This document shows, one piece after another, positions 57,269 through 64,000 of a stretch of 64,000 nt of DNA. The position numbers and the translations under genes were made by a program. The stretch covers positions 12,749-76,748 of the forward strand of contig DASXMP010000127.1 of NCBI GenBank assembly GCA_036495585.1, written 5' to 3'. The notes under the pieces are model-generated. The model ran no database searches and was not told the DNA's origin. It was given only the letters and a program-made list of their open reading frames with translations. Every line of letters starts with the position of its first letter. The first letter of the stretch is position 1. Source of the stretch: Streptosporangiaceae bacterium. Its GTDB lineage: Bacteria; Actinomycetota; Actinomycetes; Streptosporangiales; Streptosporangiaceae.

Positions 57269-58950
57269 GCTGCCGCCTCCGGCCGGGCCGCCTGCGCGAC
57301 CGGCTCAGTCTGGGTCAGCAGCGCAGGGTCGGCGCGCCGCACCCAACTGGCGAACGCCTCGCCGTCTGCCCGGTTGGCCTCGAAGTTGCGGAGCAGCCGT
57401 TCGACGTAATCGGTGAGCCCTGCCGAGGTGACCTTGAGGCCGCGCAGCTTGCGGCCGAAGCCCGGTTCGGTCCCGAGCGAGCCACCCAGGTGCACCTGGA
57501 ACCCTTCCTCGCCGTCGACGATCGAGCCCTTCAGGCCGATGTCGGCGAGCTGGAAGCGGGCGCACGAGTTCGGGCAGCCGTTCACGTTGATCGTGACCGG
57601 GGTGTCGAAGCCAGGCAGCCGGCGGCTCAGTTCGGTGTACAGCTCGCGTGCCCGGCCCTTGGTCTCGACGATTGCCAGCTTGCAGAACTCGATGCCCGTG
57701 CAGGCCATCGTCCCGCGCCGGAACACGTTCGGACTGGCCTGAAGGTCAATCGCGGCAAGTTCGGCCGTGAGGCCCGGCAGGGCTCGTTCCCCTATATCGA
57801 GAAGGAGAAGCTTCTGCTCGATGGTGGTGCGTACCCGGCCCGAGCCGTACGCCTCTGCCAGGTCCGCGACCTGCCACAACTGCGTCCCGGAGGTGCGGCC
57901 GGTGTGCGGGGCGACGCCCAGGTACCAGCGGCCGTCGCGCTGGCGATGGGCGCCGAGGTGATCGCGGGAGCCGGCGGCTGGCGCGGGCGGCGGCCGACCG
58001 TCGGACAGGGCGCCAGCCAGGTACTCGGTCTGCAGGACCTCGCGGAAGCGCTCGGTGCCCCAGTCGGCGACCAGGAACTTGAGCCGGGCGCGGCTGCGCA
58101 GCCTGCGGTAGCCGTAGTCGCGGAACAGGCGTGCTACGCCGGTCCAGACCTCCGGCACCTGGTCGGCCCGGACGAACACGCCGAGGCGCTGCGCCAGCAT
58201 TGGGTTGGTGGAGAGGCCGCCGCCGACCCACAAGTCGTAACCGGGCTCGCCGCCTGGGCCGACGACGCCGACGAAGGACACGTCGTTGACCTCGTGGGCG
58301 GTGCACTGGCTGGCGCAACCAGAGATCGCGGTCTTGAACTTGCGCGGCAGGTTGGTCAGGTCGGGGCTGGTCGTCGCGATCAGGTCGGTCGCGTGGATGG
58401 CCGCCGATGCGTCGATGACCTCGGCCGCGTCGAGGCCGGCCACTGGGCAGCCGAGGATGTTGCGCGGCACGTCGCCGCAGGCTTCCTGGCTGGACAGGCC
58501 CACCTCCTCCAGCCGGGCCCAGATCGCCGGGACGTCCTCGATCCGGATCCAGTGGAACTGGACGTTCTGCCGGTCGGTGATGTCCGCCAGGTCGCGGCCG
58601 TACTCTTTCGCCACTTCGGCAACTGCTCGGAGCTGGGGCAGGTTCAGCTGACCGCCCGGGATGCGGACCCGCATCATGAAGTAGGGGTCCTCGATCTCCG
58701 CGTCCTCCAGGGCACCGGTTCTGCCGCCGCCGATGCCGGGCTTGCGCTGGGTGTACAGGCCCCACCAGCGGAATCGGCCGCGAAGGTCGCTCGGGTCGAT
58801 GGACTCGAAACCGAGGTGGGCATACCGGTTCAGGATGCGCTCGCGGACGTGCATCCCGTCGTCGTCCTTCTTGAATCGCTCGGCCGGGTTGAGCGGCTCA
58901 TGGTGGCCGAGGGCCCACTGGCCCTGGCCGCGAAGCTGCTGGGATGGCAT
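57265..58950 (-). CDS. sirA: Ferredoxin-dependent sulfite (nitrite/sulfite) reductase hemoprotein
   Basis: The siroheme/4Fe-4S Cys cluster is CTGIEFCKLA...NVNGCPNSCA. The fold is duplicated NIR_SIR. ATG 58950 follows GAAGGA. Confidence 0.9.
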   Translation of the reverse strand: MPSQQLRGQGQWALGHHEPLNPAERFKKDDDGMHVRERILNRYAHLGFESIDPSDLRGRFRWWGLYTQRKPGIGGGRTGALEDAEIEDPYFMMRVRIPGGQLNLPQLRAVAEVAKEYGRDLADITDRQNVQFHWIRIEDVPAIWARLEEVGLSSQEACGDVPRNILGCPVAGLDAAEVIDASAAIHATDLIATTSPDLTNLPRKFKTAISGCASQCTAHEVNDVSFVGVVGPGGEPGYDLWVGGGLSTNPMLAQRLGVFVRADQVPEVWTGVARLFRDYGYRRLRSRARLKFLVADWGTERFREVLQTEYLAGALSDGRPPPAPAAGSRDHLGAHRQRDGRWYLGVAPHTGRTSGTQLWQVADLAEAYGSGRVRTTIEQKLLLLDIGERALPGLTAELAAIDLQASPNVFRRGTMACTGIEFCKLAIVETKGRARELYTELSRRLPGFDTPVTINVNGCPNSCARFQLADIGLKGSIVDGEEGFQVHLGGSLGTEPGFGRKLRGLKVTSAGLTDYVERLLRNFEANRADGEAFASWVRRADPALLTQTEPVAQAARPEAAA

Positions 58951-59400
58951 TGCTGGTCCTTCTGCTGGAAGCGCTGCGGCTATGGCGGCGTGCACAAGAC
59001 GGCAGCCTGCGCACGAGGCCGCTGCCCGGCTGATCCGGGCGGGCTAGGGAGTGCGAGGAAGCTGACTCAGCAGGAGGTACGACAGATGGCGCTGGAAACA
59101 CGCAGCAGATCGATGTGACGCCGGCAGACAAGCCACGGGCCGCGGCAGGCGGTCGGGCGGGTCACTACGGCCTCCGGAGGCTAGGTCGCTGCGCTCGCGC
59201 GCCGCGAGGGACTCGGCGGTGCAGGTCGCGCCACGCTGCGCTGGTCACGGTGCCGACGGGCCAACCTCTGGAAGGCGCCGATAGCACTTCTAAGACGGTA
59301 ACATCCGCGACCTGGGATCGCGCAACAGCAAAACCGGTCAGTAGCGAAAGCCTAACCTGCCCTCGGTGGTGCCCGGCCCGTCCGTCCTGCCCGGGCGTGG

Positions 59401-59480
59401 GTACTGGTCCGGTCCGCCCGGTGCTGGCCTGGTCCGCCTGGTGCTGGCCCGGCCGCCCGGTGCTGGCCCGGCCCGCCGGT
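59401..59480. repeat. About 3.5 copies of a 20-bp tandem repeat (GGTCCGCCYGGTGCTGGCCY)
   Basis: The units are at 59411-59430, 59431-59450 and 59451-59469 (one base shorter). Degenerate copies flank them. Confidence 0.85.
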
Positions 59481-59630
59481 AGGGTTCAGCCCGCCAGAGG
59501 GTCCAGCCCGAACGATGGGGTCCGGCACCCGTCGATACGCGTTGGTCGGCCAGTCGATGTAAACGCCTCGTCAACGCGCCTGCCGACCGGCTTCGTCCTC
59601 ATTGCGCTGAGCCGATCGGCAGGCCTTGTG

Positions 59631-59816
59631 CTATCCGGTTAGGTGGTGTAGTTGCTGCCAGACTTCGATGACCGCGTAGCCAATCCCGGCGATCATCGCG
59701 GTTGCGATCACGATGATCATCAGCTTCAGTATCTTGCGCCAGAACGCCACGACCGCGATCGCGATGAGCACTACTACGATGCGGATGGCTTCGGCATTCT
59801 GAGCCGCGGCCTGCAT
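59631..59816 (-). CDS. 61-aa two-TM hydrophobic micro-protein
   Basis: AAAGGAGGTG lies 7 nt upstream of the ATG. The product is MQAAAQNAEAIRIVVVLIAIAVVAFWRKILKLMIIVIATAMIAGIGYAVIEVWQQLHHLTG. A 12-bp imperfect hairpin lies downstream at 59581-59625. Confidence 0.7.
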   Translation of the reverse strand: MQAAAQNAEAIRIVVVLIAIAVVAFWRKILKLMIIVIATAMIAGIGYAVIEVWQQLHHLTG

Positions 59817-60398
59817 GTTTCAACACCTCCTTTCGGCGACAGCCGGCCGGAGGGCCAAGCGAGGCGGCAACTTCCACCTGTTTCACACGGGTATCTTGCA
59901 TTCACCCGCTAGGCAGGTAGCATGATCCCATCACTTGGCCCACCTTTGGTTGGTTCGGTTCGGGTGACTGGCACGGTCGATGGCGTCAACATCGGCCGTG
60001 CTTTTGTGTCAGCTGTGTTTCGGCGTCTTCGCATGCCCCCTTTCCTGCCGCCGCCGACCTGCCCGCAGCGTGGCCAGGTGGTGCAGGCGGCGCACATCAG
60101 CCCCTTTCACGGTCTCATAGCTTTTGGCATTTGCCAATGGCGTTCGCTTCTGTAACCGGCCATTGTGGTATGGCGCGGACCGCTGGCCCCGTCCCGGCCG
60201 CCGTCATCTGGCTGTGCTGGCGCTCAGAAGGTCGTCGCCTTGTCTCAATGAATGACCAGGTCACAGGGTCAGACGAAGGGGCTGAAGATTTTCTCAGGGC
60301 GCGTGTGTCGGCCTAGGTGCACAGCCGCCATTCAGGTGTATCGTCATCCTGTGGCAAATGCCAATGGCGATGTTGGACGCGCGCCGATTGCTCGGCGG

Positions 60399-61283
60399 GT
60401 GCCGGGTCAGCGTCCGGCCGCCGAGGTGGCGGAGGACGCCAATCCGACCGTGCGGCAGCGGGAGCTTGCCCACCGGCTGCGGGAGTTGCGCCTCGCCAGC
60501 GGCCTGACCGTGGAGCAGGTCGGTGCCGAGCTGCTGTGCTCTGCCACCAAGATCAGCCGGATCGAAACGGCGGCGCGCCGCGCCAGCTTGCGGGATGTCC
60601 GCGACCTTTGCCTGGTCTATGGGGTTGCCGACCCTGGTGAACTGATGGAGCTAGCCACCAGGGCGCGGGAGCGCGGCTGGTGGTCCCGCTTCGACGATCT
60701 CGCCCTCGAGCCCTTCATCGGGCTAGAGCAGGAAGCGACCGTCATCACCTCGTACACGATGTACTGGGTTCCTGCGCTGTTTCAGACCGCGGACTATGCG
60801 ACGGCCATCATTCGGGGGATTGGCCGAAAAATGGATCCCCGTGTCCTCAACGACCGGGTAGAGGCTAGGATTCTGCGCCAGAAGCGGCTTGAAGGTGTGA
60901 GACCACCGCGATACCGGGCGTTGACCGACGAAGCGGTCTTCCGGCGACCAGTTGGCGGTCCCGCAGTAATGAAGGCTCAGCTCGACAAGATCCTGACGTG
61001 GACAGCTCTCGGCCGAGGTTCGATTCAGGTGATCCCGTTCAGCGCCGGTGCGCATGCGAGTTCCGACACGAATTTTGATCTGCTGGAATTCGGGGATGCT
61101 GCACTGCAAAGTCCTGTGGTGTATGTAGAGAGCCTGATGGGCGCTTTTTACTATGAGCGCCCCGCCGAGGTCGAGCGATACCGCGAGTCGATCGAGTACC
61201 TGCGGGAAGCGGCGCTCAGCACCCAGGACTCGCTCGCGCTCATCGCTGGGATCCGAGATCAGCTCTCAGCCGCTTCTAGCTGA
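60399..61283 (+). CDS. XRE-family HTH regulator with a DUF5753-type C-terminal domain (WhiJ-like)
   Basis: The HTH is LRELRLASGLTVEQVGAELLCSATKISRIETAARR. The C-terminal domain contains WWSRFDD, VPALFQTADYA and IQVIPF. The start is uncertain among in-frame GTGs at 60336, 60351 and 60399. Confidence 0.8.
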   Translation: MPGQRPAAEVAEDANPTVRQRELAHRLRELRLASGLTVEQVGAELLCSATKISRIETAARRASLRDVRDLCLVYGVADPGELMELATRARERGWWSRFDDLALEPFIGLEQEATVITSYTMYWVPALFQTADYATAIIRGIGRKMDPRVLNDRVEARILRQKRLEGVRPPRYRALTDEAVFRRPVGGPAVMKAQLDKILTWTALGRGSIQVIPFSAGAHASSDTNFDLLEFGDAALQSPVVYVESLMGAFYYERPAEVERYRESIEYLREAALSTQDSLALIAGIRDQLSAASS

Positions 61284-61322
61284 GGTCCATTAATCCCAGT
61301 TAGTACCTTAAGAGGAGACTAA

Positions 61323-61532
61323 ATGCTGCAGATACCGCAGAGCCTTGGAGACCTCTCGTGGCGCGTCGCACGCAAGTGCAATGGCGGGCAGTGTGTTCGC
61401 GTGGCGGTGCACGGAGACGAGATACTCGTCGGTTCCACGAAGCAGGGCGGTGGCCCGGTGCTGGCCTATAGCCGCGAGGAGTGGGCGACGTTCGTCGAGG
61501 GCATCCGCCAGGGCGATTTCGACGACATCTGA
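61323..61532 (+). CDS. DUF397-domain small protein (BldB-like partner of XRE/WhiJ regulators)
   Basis: GAGGAG lies upstream of the ATG. The motif is WRVARKCNGGQCVRVAV. It is 69 aa and starts 39 nt after the XRE gene. Confidence 0.85.
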   Translation: MLQIPQSLGDLSWRVARKCNGGQCVRVAVHGDEILVGSTKQGGGPVLAYSREEWATFVEGIRQGDFDDI

Positions 61533-61580
61533 GGACGCCGTCCTCCTCCCCGCAGCGGAAGGTACTCCGGTCGGCTTAGC

Positions 61581-61619
61581 GCCCGGGGACATGCTGGCAG
61601 TATGCCCGCGTCCCCGGGC
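61581..61619. terminator. 10-bp stem hairpin between convergent DUF397 and AAA+ genes
   Basis: gcccggggac, a 19-nt loop, then gtccccgggc. Confidence 0.45.
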
Positions 61620-61627
61620 CCGGCCAG

Positions 61628-62809
61628 TCACCGCCAGGGCTCGGCCCCAATCGTGGCCGATGGCCCGGTCAGCGCCGAGCCGGTCGGTCCGGCGCCGACG
61701 TCCGCGGCGTCCAGGCGCATCAGGTCATCCTTGCCCCAGCGGCGGCCGAGGTCGCTGGCCAGGCGGAACGCATGCTTGAGCCTGGCTTGCTCCAGTTCGT
61801 TGCGCACGCTCCGGGCGTTGGCGAAATGCGGGTGCCCCATCTGAGCCGCGATGCGGTCACGGAATGCGGCTTCGGCGTCCGATGACAAGTAGTAATTCGT
61901 ATCCCGAAGCATGAGCTGCCCGATAGCCGAGAGCTCGTCAAGCTCGTACGCCGCGAAATCGAGATGGTGAGCGATTCGCGACCGCATGCCCGGGTTGTAA
62001 TCGAAGAACTCGTCCATCCTGTCCTTGTAGCCAGCCAGGATGACCACCAGGTTGCCGCGGTCCTTCTCCATCACCTGCAGCAATATGTCGATGGCTTCCT
62101 GGCCGTAGTCCTTAGAGTCGGATGCCCGGTACAGGTAATAGGCCTCGTCGATAAAGAGGACGCCGCCCATCGCGCGGTCCAGAATCCGCTTGGTCTTGGG
62201 TGCGGTATGCCCGACGTACTGGCCGACCAGGTCGTCGCGCATCGCATGAATGAGCTTGTCCTCCTCGATGTAACCCAGCCGGTGCAGCAGCTCGGCCATG
62301 CGCAGCGCCATCGTCGTTTTGCCAGTGCCTGGCGGGCCAGTGAAGCACATGTGCAGGGTTGGTCGCGGCGTGCTCATGCCGAATTTGCGCCTGGCCTGGT
62401 CGACAAGGAGCAGAGCCGCGATTTCCTCGACCTTCCTTTTGACCGGAACGAGCCCGATCAGGTCCCGGTCGAGTGCGCCAAGGATGTCGTCGATGGCGGT
62501 GGCGTTCCGCTCCGTGGCGAAGTCAATGGTCGCACTCATCGGCAAGATCTGTGTCTGACTGGCCTTCTTCACCCGGCGTCGGCCACGGTGCCGCTGGTCG
62601 CTCGTGTGCGTGGAGGTCTTGCGCGCCTTCGTCCGGCTACCCGATATATTCCGATTGCCGGGTTCGCTCTTGTCGGTGCTGCGGGAGCTTGCCATCGCGA
62701 GCGCAGACAGGCCGATGAGGACCGCGACGGCCGCGGCGGCCGCGACGATCAGGCCTAGTGCGTGGCTCATCCGGCTCGCCCCCATTCGCGTCGCCTGTTG
62801 CACTGTCAT
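61628..62809 (-). CDS. CbbX/SpoVK/EccA-type AAA+ ATPase with an N-terminal TM helix and a highly basic linker
   Basis: The core of ~300 aa carries Walker A GPPGTGKTT, Walker B VLFIDEAY, and NLVVILAGY, MRSRI and FANARSVRNELE. In-frame upstream lie ALGLIVAAAAAVAVLIGLSALAMA and RTKARKTSTHTSDQRHRGRRRVKK. Candidate starts are ATG 62809, 62785 and 62770. The internal ATG 62539 has no SD. Confidence 0.8.
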   Translation of the reverse strand: MTVQQATRMGASRMSHALGLIVAAAAAVAVLIGLSALAMASSRSTDKSEPGNRNISGSRTKARKTSTHTSDQRHRGRRRVKKASQTQILPMSATIDFATERNATAIDDILGALDRDLIGLVPVKRKVEEIAALLLVDQARRKFGMSTPRPTLHMCFTGPPGTGKTTMALRMAELLHRLGYIEEDKLIHAMRDDLVGQYVGHTAPKTKRILDRAMGGVLFIDEAYYLYRASDSKDYGQEAIDILLQVMEKDRGNLVVILAGYKDRMDEFFDYNPGMRSRIAHHLDFAAYELDELSAIGQLMLRDTNYYLSSDAEAAFRDRIAAQMGHPHFANARSVRNELEQARLKHAFRLASDLGRRWGKDDLMRLDAADVGAGPTGSALTGPSATIGAEPWR

Positions 62810-63131
62810 CCGAGGATGACGTGGCCCTCTTGCATCCGCAAGACGCTGCCCGCTCGCATTTGGAGCGCGTTGTATCTGGATGCGTCGTATCAGGATGACA
62901 GAGCGGCGCCAGGCCCCTGCGGGCGCGTAGCCAGGAACTTCTCGATATCCGGCTCCGCCTGCGGAGGCGGTGGCACGCTGCGGACTGGGGGTCGGCGCCG
63001 GCCGCCGCTTCCGCTGGGTGCCCCGCGGCCTTCGCTGGCCGCCCCGCCGTCGCGGTCCTCGACCGTGCGCGCCGCGCCGGGAGGCGGGGCCCGGTTGTCG
63101 GGATCGCCCGGCCCGGATTAGCCTGGCGCCC

Positions 63132-63326
63132 GTGCGACTGACGGACTTCTGGGCCAAGATGCGGAAGCAGTTTGGCGATGTCTACGCCGAGAGCGTGGCC
63201 AAGGATCAGGTGCTCGCTGCCCTGGGCGGCCGGACCGTGGAGCAGGCCCTGGCTGACGGCGAGGACGCCAAGATCGTCTGGCGAGCCGTGTGCGAGACAT
63301 TCCGCGTCCCAGAGCGGATGCGGTGA
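63132..63326 (+). CDS. DUF3046-family protein (the conserved small gene normally found upstream of actinobacterial recA)
   Basis: VRLTDFWAKMRKQFGDVYAESVAKDQVLAALGGRTVEQALADGEDAKIVWRAVCETFRVPERMR aligns by eye with the mycobacterial recA-upstream protein. GTG start. Confidence 0.8.
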   Translation: MRLTDFWAKMRKQFGDVYAESVAKDQVLAALGGRTVEQALADGEDAKIVWRAVCETFRVPERMR

Positions 63327-64000
63327 CGCAGCCACTGGTCGGCCCGCCTGGGGCGCCAAGGACTGCGGCCGGCGCCGCCCCGATCGCGGAAGCTGCGGCC
63401 GGCCCGCTCGCGGCAACCGGAGCAGCAGCCAGCAAGCCTGTTGCCGCGGAGCCTGCCGCCTTCCCGCCGACCGGGGCGGCCGAGCCGCATGCCGGGGCTC
63501 CGGACGCGGCGGTCGGCCCGTCGGTCAGTGCGGAGCAGCGACGCCTGGTGCTGGTGTCCGGGCCGCCGGGCTCCGGCAAGAGCACGCTCGCCGGGCCGCT
63601 GGCCGCGGAACTCGGGTTCGCTTTGCTGGCCAAGGACCGGATCAAGGAAACCCTGCACGACTGGCTCGGCCAGGCCTCCGACCTCGTGTGGTCGCGGCGG
63701 CTCGGCGCGGCGGCGATGGAGCTGCTCTGGGCACTGGCGGCGGATGCACCGGCGGTAGTGCTTGAAGCCAACTTCTGGCCCGGTGATACCCGCGTCACGA
63801 GTCACCTCCGGGAGCTGTGCGCGTCGCCGGTCGAGGTGTATTGCCAGTGTCCGGAGGCGGAGTGCGTCCGCAGGTATGCGGCGCGGGCATCGTCCCGGCA
63901 TGAGGTGCATGTGATCTCGGCGCTGTCGCCCGAGGCGTTCGAGCAGTGCTCCGGGCCGGTTGGGCTCGGCCCGATAGTCGACGTGGACACGACCCGGCCG
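63323..64000 (+). CDS. P-loop NTPase/kinase (AAA_33-like) with an A/P-rich N-terminus; 3' end lies outside the window
   Basis: The GTG overlaps the DUF3046 stop (GTGA). The frame is open to the window end and is absent from the ORF track for that reason. The P-loop is LVLVSGPPGSGKSTL. Confidence 0.65.
   Translation, partial: MTQPLVGPPGAPRTAAGAAPIAEAAAGPLAATGAAASKPVAAEPAAFPPTGAAEPHAGAPDAAVGPSVSAEQRRLVLVSGPPGSGKSTLAGPLAAELGFALLAKDRIKETLHDWLGQASDLVWSRRLGAAAMELLWALAADAPAVVLEANFWPGDTRVTSHLRELCASPVEVYCQCPEAECVRRYAARASSRHEVHVISALSPEAFEQCSGPVGLGPIVDVDTTRP

Noticed and set aside
58951-59340. SAM or other sulfur-related riboswitch in the sirA leader.
   Set aside because: I could not find SAM-I or SAM-IV core elements by eye. 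A covariance-model scan is needed before any claim.
59115-59642. 175-aa plus-strand ORF upstream of sirA.
   Set aside because: It reads through the 20-bp tandem repeats, has an Arg/Pro/Gly-rich product and no SD, and matches no family.
60124-60137. Sigma-54-like TGGCA...TGCCA element.
   Set aside because: The spacing and sequence do not fit the -24/-12 consensus (TGGCAC-N5-TTGC). As far as I know, sigma-54 is not found in actinobacteria. It is interpreted as a palindromic operator instead.
59909-60316. Small ORFs in the island spacer: 62 aa on the minus strand, and 77 aa and 61 aa on the plus strand.
   Set aside because: Third-position composition is mixed or poor, SD spacing is weak or too short, and the frames mutually overlap. 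The region is treated as non-coding regulatory spacer, pending expression data.
62935-62946. LexA/SOS box upstream of the DUF3046 gene (GAACTTCTCGAT).
   Set aside because: Only one half-site (GAAC) matches the actinobacterial TCGAAC-N4-GTTCGA consensus.
59520-62960. Direct repeats (att-like), integrase or transposase flanking the low-GC island.
   Set aside because: No recombinase gene is present. By eye there is no shared flanking repeat longer than ~6-8 nt, and no adjacent tRNA. The mechanism of acquisition is therefore unsupported.

Overview
High-GC actinobacterial chromosomal segment. A hand-counted 60-nt sample of sirA is about 73% G+C. About 55 protein genes are packed on both strands. 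The backbone follows the conserved actinobacterial order: ettA, then dapA-rnj, ftsK, a RodZ-like HTH gene, rimO-pgsA-cinA-clgR, and finally the DUF3046 gene that normally sits just upstream of recA. Variable blocks lie between these anchors.

Variable blocks:
- a fused FAD/GcvT dehydrogenase, a Ser/Thr kinase, trHbO, a prolyl oligopeptidase and an HNH nuclease
- a TetR/hydrolase pair beside a decayed MFS gene
- a cobalamin-riboswitch-controlled BtuF/FecCD/FecE-type ABC importer
- CapA, a small membrane protein and a GT-C-like membrane protein
- an orphan Clp_N protein
- a GntR(YtrA)-ABC-2 exporter operon with two tandem permease paralogues
- an Rrf2 regulator, and a ROK-regulated sugar ABC/GH3 locus
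- GH51 arabinofuranosidase, a PLP enzyme, an amidohydrolase and a cell-wall amidase
- a 1671-aa Lhr helicase
- a P450-methyltransferase cassette
- a fully translationally coupled sirA / 59-aa zinc-ribbon micro-ORF / cysG-like / cbiX operon

Best candidate for something undescribed: a roughly 3.2-kb low-GC patch at about 59.6-62.8 kb. Hand counts of two 120-nt samples there give about 57-58% G+C. It sits between the sulfite-reduction operon and the DUF3046 gene. It carries a strongly SD-led 61-aa two-TM micro-protein, an XRE-DUF5753/DUF397 pair, a twice-repeated 17-nt palindromic motif, and a CbbX/SpoVK-type AAA+ ATPase whose N-terminus appears membrane-anchored.

No rRNA, tRNA, CRISPR array, integrase or transposase was seen. 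Several intergenic tandem-repeat arrays, long hairpins and two ORFs below the 60-aa track cutoff are also reported. All family assignments come from motif recognition by eye, not from database searches.
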